Assembly (NCBI GenBank): GCA_031275815.1
Contig: JAISOF010000024.1
Coordinates: forward strand, 10,254-74,253
From: Candidatus Nomurabacteria bacterium
GTDB taxonomy: Bacteria; Patescibacteriota; Saccharimonadia; Saccharimonadales; Saccharimonadaceae
DNA: 64,000 nucleotides
Reading direction: 5' to 3'
Below, one piece after another: positions 1-9,001 of the stretch. The first letter of the stretch is position 1. Each line of letters starts with the position of its first letter. Made by a program: the position numbers and the translations under genes. The notes under the pieces are model-generated. The model saw nothing but the letters and a program-made list of their open reading frames with translations. It did not search any database and was not told the origin of the DNA.

Positions 1-591
1 CAAAAGCTCATGCACTTGCTGCCAATTTTTCGCCCTGTGCATGCCCGCCGCATTTTTCACATCACGATTCCACGAATATTCCCCAAACAAAATGCTTTTA
101 ATGCCGTGCTCTCTCGCTGAAAAACAATGTTTCGGCTGGTCGTCAATCAAGCATTTCGCACCCAGCTCGCGCACAATTTTACCTTTCGTGTGGCGCACGC
201 TGTCCTCCGACACATCATCCCAGAATCCCGCAAAATGCGTGGTTTTTATCACGTCACGGAAATGTTTTTCTAACCATTTTTCCGTCATCTCCGCGAAACA
301 TCCGGGTCGCGACGTCAAAACCACAAAATCATATTTTTCAGAAAGTTTCGCCAAAGTTGTTTTGGCATTTTTGACCGGTTTCATGGTCGGATAAATCTTT
401 TGGTGTTTCACCAAATCCAAATTATATTCCTCCAACTGCCACTCTGAAACGCGCCACAAACTCATCCAATCCTCCGTATAATCTTCCATTTTTGCGTTGC
501 CGCCCCAAAGCGCATTGTTGTACTCCAAAAAACACGGCGCGGAAATCGCCAACACATCATCAACATCTATTGCAATAATCGGTTTTGCCAT
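1..591 (-). CDS. HAD-superfamily 5'(3')-deoxyribonucleotidase-like protein (NT5C-like); C-terminus lies beyond the window edge
   Basis: Not in the ORF track because there is no stop inside the window. Minus-strand translation from the ATG at 591 gives MAKPIIAIDVDDVLAISAPCFLEYNNALWGG...GIKSILFGEYSWNRD. DVDDV matches HAD motif I. The frame stays open for 197 codons to position 1. Confidence 0.6.
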   Translation of the reverse strand, partial: MAKPIIAIDVDDVLAISAPCFLEYNNALWGGNAKMEDYTEDWMSLWRVSEWQLEEYNLDLVKHQKIYPTMKPVKNAKTTLAKLSEKYDFVVLTSRPGCFAEMTEKWLEKHFRDVIKTTHFAGFWDDVSEDSVRHTKGKIVRELGAKCLIDDQPKHCFSAREHGIKSILFGEYSWNRDVKNAAGMHRAKNWQQVHELL

Positions 592-599
592 GTCATAGA

Positions 600-1508
600 T
601 TATATACCAACTTTATCTTTTTTGATAGCGCGTTTGGCGTTGCGCTCCACATATTCGATAATTTTCTCGGCAATATTGCGTCCCGTGACTTTTTCAATGC
701 CAAATCCTGGGCTGGCGTTGACTTCCAAAACCAACGGTCCGCGACTGCTACGCATGAAATCCACACCAGAAACGTGCAGCCCCATCGCTTTGGAAGCTTT
801 TATCACCATTTTTTCTTCTTCGTTCGTCAACTTGATTTTGGTGCCCTCGCCGCCCTTGTGGAGGTTGGAGCGAAAATCGTCATCCAAACTTTGGCGCTTC
901 ATGCTGGCAGCCACGCGCGACCCCACCACAAAAGCCCGAATATCCCTGCCCGCCGATTCCGCAATATATTCTTGCAACAAAATATTCGTGCCATCGTCGT
1001 TCGTGAGATAAAATGCCTGCAGGGCCGACTTGGCAGTTTTGCGACTTTCCGCGAGCACCACGCCGTTGCCGTGCGTGCCAGACGCCAGTTTGATAATCAC
1101 CGGCACACCAATTTCATCCAGCAGACTGTCAATGTCTGCCGTGTTGCGACTAATCACCGTGCGCGGCATTGCCACACCGGCCTTGTTCAAAATCTGCGTG
1201 GCGCGTAATTTGTCACGCGCTCGCGCAATCGCTAGCGAACCCGAAACCGTCCAGACGTTTTGCATTTCAAATTGCCGCACAATCGTCGTGCCGTACTTCG
1301 TCATGTTGTTGGAAATGCGCGGAATAATCGCGTCAAACCCCTCCAACTTTTTGCCTCGATACATAATCCACGGATCACGCGCGTCAATTGAAGCATAGCA
1401 ATTTTTGTATTTGATGACCCGCACAAAATGCCCGCGCTTTTCCGCTTCGTCCACCAAACGCCGTGTGGAATAGTTGGCGTTGCCGTTGCTGAGGATGGCG
1501 ATTTTCAT
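600..1508 (-). CDS. rimK: RimK-type ATP-grasp ligase (ribosomal protein S6 glutamate ligase family)
   Basis: 302-aa ORF. MKIAILS..., VIIKLASGTHGNGVVL and LEVNASPG are typical of RimK. It overlaps the upstream ORF by 4 nt. Confidence 0.8.
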   Translation of the reverse strand: MKIAILSNGNANYSTRRLVDEAEKRGHFVRVIKYKNCYASIDARDPWIMYRGKKLEGFDAIIPRISNNMTKYGTTIVRQFEMQNVWTVSGSLAIARARDKLRATQILNKAGVAMPRTVISRNTADIDSLLDEIGVPVIIKLASGTHGNGVVLAESRKTAKSALQAFYLTNDDGTNILLQEYIAESAGRDIRAFVVGSRVAASMKRQSLDDDFRSNLHKGGEGTKIKLTNEEEKMVIKASKAMGLHVSGVDFMRSSRGPLVLEVNASPGFGIEKVTGRNIAEKIIEYVERNAKRAIKKDKVGI

Positions 1509-1999
1509 TCTCGTCCCTCTTCTTCATCATCCGGAAATGCAATATTGTATTTTTGTTTTAATTCTATGCGGTTCAAGCTGCTTTCATTGGGGTCAACCAA
1601 AAACCGGCAGTTCAAAAGTTTGCGGCCAAGCAAGATGGGATAGATTTTTTTCGATCGGTCTGCCAACGTGAATGAAGATGTAAAAATCTTTGGCCCAAGC
1701 TTGGCTTGTAATCTCACTTCGTATCTTTTTTCGCCATGCCCAAAAGAATTGGCAACCCAAACTTCTTTGTATTTGTTTGAAGTCATAGTTCTCGCCATCA
1801 CCCCGCAAACCGGATGCCCGCCCAACAAAGTGAAATGCAAAATGCCTTTTTTGTCAACAAAAACGTTCTCGGCATGCACTGACGAGCGATACGCCCCAGT
1901 ATCGACTTTCGCCGGAATATCCAACATGCCGAATCCGGTGAATGATAGTTCCTCACTTCTGCCGATGATAGTTTTGTGAAAATCATATTTGGTCGCCAT
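1505..1999 (-). CDS. RimK-associated retropepsin-like 'ATP-dependent zinc protease' family protein (PF05618/COG4067-like)
   Basis: The track ORF is 1505..2083. I prefer the ATG at 1999 (MATKYDFHKTIIGRSE). AKVDTGAYRSSVHA and LLGRKLL..FLVDP match the family pattern. It overlaps rimK by 4 nt. Confidence 0.65.
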   Translation of the reverse strand: MATKYDFHKTIIGRSEELSFTGFGMLDIPAKVDTGAYRSSVHAENVFVDKKGILHFTLLGGHPVCGVMARTMTSNKYKEVWVANSFGHGEKRYEVRLQAKLGPKIFTSSFTLADRSKKIYPILLGRKLLNCRFLVDPNESSLNRIELKQKYNIAFPDDEEEGRE

Positions 2000-2039
2000 A
2001 ATGTTGACTATTTTATCATGATAATATAACATAGTCAAT

Positions 2040-3266
2040 ATGAAAACTATTTTAATTACGGGAAAAAGTTTTTCTGGGCTCACCAGTTACCTGTTGGAAC
2101 ATGGTTATGATTTTGTGGTGCTCCGCGACCAAAAAACCACCAAGTTTCCTGACAAAAAGTTCAAAAAACGCTTGGTGGTTGATTTTTCCGATTCCGAAAG
2201 AATGCTTGAGGCACTGAAACTTCTGAAACGAAAACCTGCCGCCGTCATCACGGTTTACGAAAATTACATCTTGCCGGCAGCAATGATTGCTAAAAAGCTG
2301 GGGTTGTATGGTCTGCCGATAAAATCGGCTGAGGCTTGCACGGACAAATATATTATGCGCTCCATGTTCGCTGAGGCGCCGGAAAAAATCAGTCCGGAGT
2401 TTGCGGAAGTGGACAGCGAACAGACCCTGCGCAAGTTCGCGAACTGCCACACTTTTCCCCTCATTTTGAAGCCCGCTAATTTGGTGAAAAGCTTGTTGGT
2501 CACCAAATCTATGAACATGGATGAGCTACTGGAAAATTACCAAAAATCTTCAAGCCTCATCCAAGAAACTTATGCCAAATACGCTCCTGAACGAAAACCC
2601 AAAATGATTGTTGAAGAATACTTGGAGGGCTCCGTACATTCGGTCGACGCGTTTATTGACAGGGCTGGGGAGCCACATATTTTGTCGCAAATTGTGGATT
2701 ATCAGACTGGATACGACATTGGCTTTGACGATAATTTTCATTACAGCCGGATTTTGCCGACCAAACTACCTCCTGAAAAACAAAAAGATTTATTGCACTG
2801 CGCAAAGTTGGGTGTGGAGGCGCTGGGCATGAAAAACAGTCCGGCGCATATTGAAATTATCATGACCAAAAATGGTGCGCGCATTGTGGAAATTGGTGCG
2901 CGGAACGGCGGCTATCGCGAACGCATGCACTGGCTGGCAAACGGCATCAAACTCACCAAAAACGCTCTGCAAATCGCGATGGGCGAACAACCCGATATCG
3001 CCGCAACCAAAAATGAGCCAGTCGCTGTTTTGGAACTGTTTCCAAAAAACGCTGGTTTCTTCGTCGGAATCAAAAACGAAGCAAAATTGCGCACATTAAA
3101 ATCGTTAAATTACTTAAGTATCAAAGCCAAAAAAGGCAATTTTATCGGCAAATCGTCGGACGGCTATAAAATGGCAGCGGTGGTAATTTTGCATAATTCC
3201 GACAGCGCCCAATTCCAAAAAGACTTGGACTTTGTGAGTAGCGAAGTCGAGGTTGTGACGACCTAA
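2040..3266 (+). CDS. ATP-grasp domain protein (carboxylate-amine / L-amino-acid ligase-like)
   Basis: 408-aa ORF. FPLILKPANLVKS, IVEEYLEGSVHSVD and HIEIIMTKNGARIVEIGARNGG are ATP-grasp_4-type motifs. Confidence 0.7.
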   Translation: MKTILITGKSFSGLTSYLLEHGYDFVVLRDQKTTKFPDKKFKKRLVVDFSDSERMLEALKLLKRKPAAVITVYENYILPAAMIAKKLGLYGLPIKSAEACTDKYIMRSMFAEAPEKISPEFAEVDSEQTLRKFANCHTFPLILKPANLVKSLLVTKSMNMDELLENYQKSSSLIQETYAKYAPERKPKMIVEEYLEGSVHSVDAFIDRAGEPHILSQIVDYQTGYDIGFDDNFHYSRILPTKLPPEKQKDLLHCAKLGVEALGMKNSPAHIEIIMTKNGARIVEIGARNGGYRERMHWLANGIKLTKNALQIAMGEQPDIAATKNEPVAVLELFPKNAGFFVGIKNEAKLRTLKSLNYLSIKAKKGNFIGKSSDGYKMAAVVILHNSDSAQFQKDLDFVSSEVEVVTT

Positions 3267-4168
3267 TTAACTTTAATATTTCTGCCATCATTTTCACCCT
3301 GAGCTAGTGATTGAAAGTAATTATCGACTTTCTGGTGATAGCTTTTCCTATCATTCACGTTTGGAAAAAGTGGCTCACCAAAATTGAAATTGACTTCCAG
3401 CACCACGCTTTTGCCGGTTGATTTATTGGTCAAAATATCCAAGCCCGTGAACTCGCGCCCGACAGCACGCGCTGCGGCAATTGCGATGGGTTCCAATTCT
3501 TTCGGCAAGTCGACAAACTCGGAGTGGCCACCTCTTGCGATATTATTCAAATGGCTCTCTTCTGATTGCCGGATACGCTTATAAGACACAATGACTTTTT
3601 CGCCCGCCACAATCGTGCGATAATCAAAATCATTGGGCAAATAAGGCTGAATAATCGCGTCATCAAAACCCAAATTATCTATGTCGACAGCGCTACCAAC
3701 TTTCACGTTGTGGTTGCCGTTTTTGCCATCAATAGCTTTAACCACCAACGGAAAATCAAAACCCGCTTTTTCAATTGCCGCCAAATAATTCTTCCGGCTA
3801 CTGACATACAAACTATCCGCAACCGGCACACCCTCCAGCGCCATCACCACGTTTTGTTCCAACTTGGTCATGGTCTGAAAATTGAATGATTCCGAGTTTA
3901 CCACAGCAATTTTTTGCGCCCACAGATAAACCGCCAGCGCATGCCGAAGAGGCGCATTCTCCATCCCGCGCAAATACACCAAATCAAAATCCGTCAAGTG
4001 CCCACCATCAGCCAAAAAATCAATCTGCACAATATTATTTTTGATAACCACCATCAGCTCGTCATAACGCCGCGCCACGTACGTGTTGCCGACGTGCAAC
4101 CCATTCAAATTATTTGCCAAGCCTTCGCCCGACGGACTGTGCTGGCTGAGCAAAATCAAACAATTCAT
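3263..4168 (-). CDS. RimK/glutathione-synthetase-like ATP-grasp ligase
   Basis: 301-aa ORF. FPLVVKAIDGKNGNHNV, NNIARGGHSE and GLDIL...VVLEVNFNFG are present. It overlaps the upstream ORF by 4 nt and converges on 2040..3266 with a 4-nt overlap. Confidence 0.65.
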   Translation of the reverse strand: MNCLILLSQHSPSGEGLANNLNGLHVGNTYVARRYDELMVVIKNNIVQIDFLADGGHLTDFDLVYLRGMENAPLRHALAVYLWAQKIAVVNSESFNFQTMTKLEQNVVMALEGVPVADSLYVSSRKNYLAAIEKAGFDFPLVVKAIDGKNGNHNVKVGSAVDIDNLGFDDAIIQPYLPNDFDYRTIVAGEKVIVSYKRIRQSEESHLNNIARGGHSEFVDLPKELEPIAIAAARAVGREFTGLDILTNKSTGKSVVLEVNFNFGEPLFPNVNDRKSYHQKVDNYFQSLAQGENDGRNIKVN

Positions 4169-5940
4169 TTCGTCCTTTCGTTTGCTATTTTGTTCAGCAT
4201 ATCATTAGCCGCCTCCAAAATCAACGGCTGCCAATCTATCGCACCACCCTCCACATCGGGCAACAGGCCATACTTGTGCAACCGCGCTTGGTCGACAAAA
4301 TCCAAACTCGCCACAGCAGTCGCCCGCGATTTCACATCTTCCGGCAAATCTTTAATTTCGTCCATCAAAATCGCCTCTTCCGCATACGTCATAGCCTGCG
4401 AATTGACGCCGCCCATGCGCGTGAGCCGCATGACCCGATCCGCCGCCTCCAGCGCCGCTTTATGTTTATCCATGTTCGGGAACATCTTCATTTTTTCGCG
4501 ATAAAAAGCCTTGATTGCGTCCGCCACGTTTCCACCATCTTCCAGAACTTTCAAAGCCTCGCCATAAGTCAAAGCTCTGGGTTTGTGCGAACCCGCAAGC
4601 TTCATCTCCAACTCCGCTTGTTGCAAGTCCGCACCCGCTTCGCCAAAGCCGCTTGTGCGCTTGCCCCTGAGGTTCGCCACTTTCAAAACTTTCCCCATTT
4701 CTCTGTTCATATCAAATTGATTGACGTGAGTAAGCTCGTGCGCACAACCGACCGTCAAAGTCGTGAATAAATCTCTCGGCTCGCTTGTCACAAAAAACAG
4801 CCCGCGCAAACCATCAACTGAATAAATGCTTTTGTCTGGGCTAATCATTACTTGCCATAAACCATCGCTCGCTCGATTTGTTCGCTCGGCGGAACTTGCG
4901 TCAGGTTTTTCGGCGCTCAATTTCCCCGCTTTCGCCAAGATATTTTCAATCAAACTGGCCGCTTCGTCCGGTTGCACCACATACGCTTTGAGCTGTTCAA
5001 TCTGCGACTCGGAAAACATTGCCTCGTGTGGCTTTGAAGTATCAGTGGCGTTCTCTTCTCCAACGAGCTGTCTCACCCGCTTCGAAACGCCAGTCCACTT
5101 TCCGCCCTCCAAACTGGCGCCGTTTCTCAAAAAATCCAAATTGCGAAAAACTTTTTCCAAATTACCTTTTTCAATCTGCTCCCGCAACGTGGCTGGCATA
5201 ACGTTCATAATATGCGCAAAGCTTTCTTCGTGCCCAATCATCAATTCCTGTGTTCCGGCGTATTCCGAAATCGGCGCCATTTCGGCAATTAACGCATTAA
5301 TCTTGCTCAAATACACGTCCGCCAAAGCCCGTTTCGCGCCATCCAAATTATCCGCAGTCGCTTCAGTATAAGTTTTTCTCAATTCTTTCAATTTGGCTCT
5401 TGCTTCCAACAAATCCGCCATTCTTTCAGCAACTTCTTGTGGCTTCAAAACCAACGACATGCCATAAAACGTCTCTTCCGGAATCTCCGCGCCCGCCAAC
5501 ATCATCTCCGCCACCTTTTCCTTGTAAACTTTCGCGCTGGCGTTAAAGATTTTTCGAAGTTCGGCTTTGTCGGTTTCCGGATTTGCCGCCTGCTCCGCCG
5601 CCCACCATTCCACATCTTCATGCGACTCAAAATCCGGAATGTCAATTTTATCACTCGTGACTTTACCCTCCAAAAATGGTTCCGAAAACATCATCGGCGC
5701 CGTGAAAGATTCTTCTTTTGTGTTTTTAATAACTTCTTCAATGGTCGCATGTCCGCGAAGATTCATCTCCAAAAGATTTTTCTCAAATTGATATGCCGCC
5801 ACCTTTTCTTCATCAGTCAACGGTCGTTCGGGTGGCTTGGTCAATACGTCAAGCATATCTTTGGCATGCTCATTTGGCCGCTCCAAAAAGACGCCCTCAT
5901 AACCCAATTTGGTTGGTGCAGGGCTTTTTTCAGACATCAC
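4165..5940 (-). CDS. Putative gluzincin metallopeptidase, DUF1704/MATCAP-like (QEGLA-type)
   Basis: 591-aa ORF. HExxH is present (GCAHELTHVNQ), followed about 30 aa later by FGEAGA, which resembles the QEGLA third-ligand motif. It is translationally coupled to yebC upstream and an ATP-grasp gene downstream. The family assignment has not been checked by HMM. Confidence 0.5.
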   Translation of the reverse strand: MMSEKSPAPTKLGYEGVFLERPNEHAKDMLDVLTKPPERPLTDEEKVAAYQFEKNLLEMNLRGHATIEEVIKNTKEESFTAPMMFSEPFLEGKVTSDKIDIPDFESHEDVEWWAAEQAANPETDKAELRKIFNASAKVYKEKVAEMMLAGAEIPEETFYGMSLVLKPQEVAERMADLLEARAKLKELRKTYTEATADNLDGAKRALADVYLSKINALIAEMAPISEYAGTQELMIGHEESFAHIMNVMPATLREQIEKGNLEKVFRNLDFLRNGASLEGGKWTGVSKRVRQLVGEENATDTSKPHEAMFSESQIEQLKAYVVQPDEAASLIENILAKAGKLSAEKPDASSAERTNRASDGLWQVMISPDKSIYSVDGLRGLFFVTSEPRDLFTTLTVGCAHELTHVNQFDMNREMGKVLKVANLRGKRTSGFGEAGADLQQAELEMKLAGSHKPRALTYGEALKVLEDGGNVADAIKAFYREKMKMFPNMDKHKAALEAADRVMRLTRMGGVNSQAMTYAEEAILMDEIKDLPEDVKSRATAVASLDFVDQARLHKYGLLPDVEGGAIDWQPLILEAANDMLNKIANERTK

Positions 5941-6644
5941 AGCTCCGCATTCGTCGAAACATTCGAAACGTCGTCCAAATCATCCAGCGCGTCCAAAAGT
6001 TTCATGATTTTCTCGCGCACCGCATTGTCCGCGATTGGCACCGTGACATTCGGCACATATTGCAACTCGGCATTTTTCACAGTCAACCCCGCGTCAAGCA
6101 AGTTTTTGCGCACCTTCATCAAATCTTTCGCGCCCGTATACACCAAAATCCCATCATCTTCCTCCATCGCATCCTCCGCGCCCGCGTCCAAAATCGCAAG
6201 CAACACATCTTCGCCCTTTTCCGAAACCAAAAGTACGCCCTTTCGCGCAAACTGAAACATCACCGAACCCTGATCCGCCATCCGCCCGCCGTTCTTCGTC
6301 AAAGTGTTTTTCACCTCCGGCAAAGTTCGATTCTTGTTGTCGGTCGCCACTTCAATAATAATTCCCGCGCCCGCCGGACCATAAGCCTCATAAACTTCCT
6401 CAATCAACTGCGTTGAACTCTTGTCCGCCACTCGATCAATCGCCCGCTTGATATTTTCATTCGGCATATTCGCCTCGCGCGCTTTCTCAATCACCATCGC
6501 CAGCGCCGGATTGGTCGCCGGATCCGCTCCGCCGCGTGCCGCAATCGCAATTTGGTTGCCGATTTTCGTGAATAACGACCCCCGTTTCGCGTCAACGACA
6601 GCTTTCTGCCGCTTGGTGGTCGCCCATTTACTGTGTCCGCTCAT
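5937..6644 (-). CDS. yebC: YebC/PmpR (TACO1) family protein
   Basis: MSGHSKWATTKRQKAVVDAKRG is the canonical family N-terminus. 235 aa. Confidence 0.9.
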   Translation of the reverse strand: MSGHSKWATTKRQKAVVDAKRGSLFTKIGNQIAIAARGGADPATNPALAMVIEKAREANMPNENIKRAIDRVADKSSTQLIEEVYEAYGPAGAGIIIEVATDNKNRTLPEVKNTLTKNGGRMADQGSVMFQFARKGVLLVSEKGEDVLLAILDAGAEDAMEEDDGILVYTGAKDLMKVRKNLLDAGLTVKNAELQYVPNVTVPIADNAVREKIMKLLDALDDLDDVSNVSTNAEL

Positions 6645-6650
6645 GGAGAC

Positions 6651-6656
6651 ATTCTA
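6651..6656 (-). promoter_or_regulatory. -10 box TAGAAT, 6 nt upstream of the yebC ATG (leaderless-type)
   Basis: The minus strand reads gtgaTAGAATgtctccATG. There is no SD. Confidence 0.5.
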
Positions 6657-6747
6657 TCACTTTTTTCGAAAAAATAACACCCTTTTGCCACCATTTTACT
6701 GCCACGAACTTGGCATTTTTGCCCCTTTTTGTTAAAATGAAAGTGTT

Positions 6748-6822
6748 GCGGGCATCGTATAACGATTAGTATACCTGCCTTCCAAGCAAGTGGCGAGGGT
6801 TTGACTCCCTCTGCCCGCACCA
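6748..6822 (+). tRNA. tRNA-Gly (anticodon UCC), CCA encoded
   Basis: Manual fold. The acceptor GCGGGCA pairs with TGCCCGC. The anticodon loop is CTTCCAA and the T arm is GAGGG-TTTGACT-CCCTC. There is one C.A mismatch in the anticodon stem and the D-loop is atypical (no GG). Confidence 0.8.
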
Positions 6823-6909
6823 ATTGCGTCACAATCATGTTGCGTATGAATACGATGTTGTTTTGCTCGGAAAAACTCACGAAATGAGTTTCTGTTTGTT
6901 TTGTTGTGC

Positions 6910-6915
6910 TACAAT
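6910..6915 (+). promoter_or_regulatory. -10 box TACAAT, 7 nt upstream of ATG 6923 (leaderless-type)
   Basis: Sequence is gcTACAATgttaattATGaat. Confidence 0.5.
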
Positions 6916-6922
6916 GTTAATT

Positions 6923-7474
6923 ATGAATAAAACCCGCCTAGAAAATTTTACTGATGCGATTTTGGCGATTTCGATGACGCTGATGGTGTTGGGTATTGTG
7001 GCGCCGGTGGGGGCGGGACTGGCTGATTTGTGGGGGTTGAGATATCAATTTTTGGTTTACGGCCTCAGTTTTTTCACAGTGGCGATTTATTGGCGGAATC
7101 ATCATTATATTTTTGCGGGTGAGCGGAAGATTTCGGACGGCGTGCTACGGCTCAATATGTTGCTGGTCTTTTTGCTGACGCTATTTCCATTTATTACGGC
7201 ATGGGTTGGCGTGGAAAATAATATTTTTGCTCTCGTGCCAGAGCTGACCTTTGGGACTATAATGTTACTTTCGAATGTCTGTTTCACGGCACTTGATCTT
7301 GCCGTTGCTAAGTCCGACGGCACCAAAGCAATTTTTTCAAAAAACCGTTCGGTCGTGACCATCGCCGTCAACCTAGCGGCACTGGCCCTGTGTTTTATCT
7401 TCCCGCCCGCCGTGCTAATCGGTCGGGCAATCATACTGGCGATTTGGGTAGTTCCTCCCAAAAGGGCGCTATGA
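6923..7474 (+). CDS. TMEM175-family (DUF1211) potassium channel-like membrane protein
   Basis: MNKTRLENFTDAILAISMTLMVL matches the R-x-E-x-F-S/T-D signature, and there are multiple TM segments. The track ORF starts at 6824. I chose 6923 because of the TACAAT-N7-ATG arrangement. Confidence 0.65.
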   Translation: MNKTRLENFTDAILAISMTLMVLGIVAPVGAGLADLWGLRYQFLVYGLSFFTVAIYWRNHHYIFAGERKISDGVLRLNMLLVFLLTLFPFITAWVGVENNIFALVPELTFGTIMLLSNVCFTALDLAVAKSDGTKAIFSKNRSVVTIAVNLAALALCFIFPPAVLIGRAIILAIWVVPPKRAL

Positions 7475-8169
7475 GCCCAACTTGGCGGCAAAAATTACAA
7501 GAGTTAGCCACCGGTAACAGCCAGTTTGCCCAGTTTTCAAAACCCATCATCAACTCCCAAAAAACTATCCTCGGCGTGCGCACGCCGGACCTTCGAAAAC
7601 TCGCCAAAGACTTAGCCCGCCCGCTGGATTTTGCGGGAGTTCAAAGTTTTGCGGAGTCTATTCAGCCCGAGATTTTTGAAGAAGTTTTGCTATTGGGATT
7701 TATTATCAATTATGCCAAACTCAGCGACCTCGAGCGCATTCAACTGACCAAACAATATTTGAAACTGGTTGATAGCTGGGCGCAAATCGATTTGGTGGTT
7801 GCGACCCGCCCCAAAATCAACTCGCCGCTGTGGTGGGATTTTGCGCTGAAATGCTTGAACTCAAAGGCGGAGTTCACGGTGCGTTTTGGCGTGATATTTC
7901 TGATGACGCATTTTCTCACCGACCAGTCCATCGACCAAACTTTTGCGGCTCTCCGCCAAGTCCGCCACGACGGCTATTACGTCAAAATGGCACTAGCTTG
8001 GCTTTATGCCACCGCCGCCGTCAAATATTTCGGTCCGACTTTGCAAGAAATCGCCCGCCCAACTTTGCCAAATTGGACTCGTCAAAAATCCCTCCAAAAA
8101 ATGCTCGAATCCCGCCGTTTTTCGGAAGCTCAAAAACAGCAAATCCGTGCGCTAAAAACTACAAAATAA
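7471..8169 (+). CDS. DNA alkylation repair protein (AlkD-like HEAT-repeat family)
   Basis: Has GVRTPDLRKLAKDL, VDSWAQIDLV and a VKMALAWLY pattern. The ATG at 7471 overlaps the previous stop (ATGA). Confidence 0.6.
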   Translation: MSPTWRQKLQELATGNSQFAQFSKPIINSQKTILGVRTPDLRKLAKDLARPLDFAGVQSFAESIQPEIFEEVLLLGFIINYAKLSDLERIQLTKQYLKLVDSWAQIDLVVATRPKINSPLWWDFALKCLNSKAEFTVRFGVIFLMTHFLTDQSIDQTFAALRQVRHDGYYVKMALAWLYATAAVKYFGPTLQEIARPTLPNWTRQKSLQKMLESRRFSEAQKQQIRALKTTK

Positions 8170-8302
8170 TCAACATTTCGTGTGAGGTTTCCAGACCCGA
8201 CCCTTACTTTGGCATACACTTAAACTATAATAAAACTACATTTTAATTTAACGCTGCGTTGCTCGGAAAAAAAACTTATTTTCTTTTCTCTAACTTCCCT
8301 GT

Positions 8303-8308
8303 TATAAT
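8303..8308 (+). promoter_or_regulatory. -10 box TATAAT, 7 nt upstream of the def ATG (leaderless-type)
   Basis: Sequence is gtTATAATattaaatATGcac. Confidence 0.55.
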
Positions 8309-8315
8309 ATTAAAT

Positions 8316-8888
8316 ATGCACGAATATTTAAACCACAGACGGCAGCCAGAGATTTTGGAGCTTGTTTCTGAAAACAGTCCAGTTTTGCGTGAACAATGTC
8401 GGCGACTAACAAAAGATGAGATTTTGTCAGCGGAAATCCAGAATCTGATTGATGACATTAAGTTTACGTGTAGCGAAAAGAAAACTGGCGTGGGTTTAAG
8501 CGCCAACCAAGTTGGAAAGCCGGTGGCGATTAGTGTGGTCGCCATCAAGCCTACACCTGGGCGGCCAAATTTGGAGCCGTTTGAAAAAGTTTGTATCAAC
8601 ACGGAAATCACTGAAACTTTTGGCGAAAAAGTGCCGCTGTGGGAGGGCTGCCAAAGCACGGCGCTTGACGAAAATGGCGAGCCGGCGATGGCAAAAGTGC
8701 TACGATATGAAAAAGTTCGTATAAAGTATTTTGATGAAAGTGGCGAAGAGCAAGAGGAGATAGTCGAAAGCCTTGTGGCGCACGTGATTCAGCATGAAAC
8801 CGACCATTTGAACGGCATTCTTTTCACGGATTTGATTGACAAGGCGGACTTGATTTCTTATCAAGAATTTTCAAAACTTGAAAAATAA
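8316..8888 (+). CDS. def: Peptide deformylase
   Basis: All three PDF motifs are present: GVGLSANQVG, EGCQS and HVIQHETDHLNG. Confidence 0.85.
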   Translation: MHEYLNHRRQPEILELVSENSPVLREQCRRLTKDEILSAEIQNLIDDIKFTCSEKKTGVGLSANQVGKPVAISVVAIKPTPGRPNLEPFEKVCINTEITETFGEKVPLWEGCQSTALDENGEPAMAKVLRYEKVRIKYFDESGEEQEEIVESLVAHVIQHETDHLNGILFTDLIDKADLISYQEFSKLEK

Positions 8889-9001
8889 TGTGCGATTTTT
8901 AGTTACCTGTTGGGGGTTCGACCTATTAGGTCTTAAAAGTCACCTCGTCGGACGAATATCAGCGATAGTATTTTGGATAGCTTTGACGTATTTTTCATCC
9001 G

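Noticed and set aside
41-394. 117-aa plus-strand ORF at the left edge.
   Set aside because: The opposite strand encodes a convincing HAD/NT5C-like protein that starts at 591 and is open to the window edge.
7471-7474. An alternative genetic code (UGA recoding), as seen in some CPR lineages.
   Set aside because: TGA acts as a stop in several ATGA or TGATG gene junctions (7471-7474 and 38190-38194). Recognised proteins end at normal lengths under the standard code.
8925-8975. Similarity of about 70% between 8925-8975 and the reverse complement of 20281-20320 (aaaGTCAyCTCkTCGGACGAATrT), considered as island-bounding inverted repeats.
   Set aside because: The match is short and imperfect. I cannot exclude chance or a shared terminator-like sequence without a genome-wide search.
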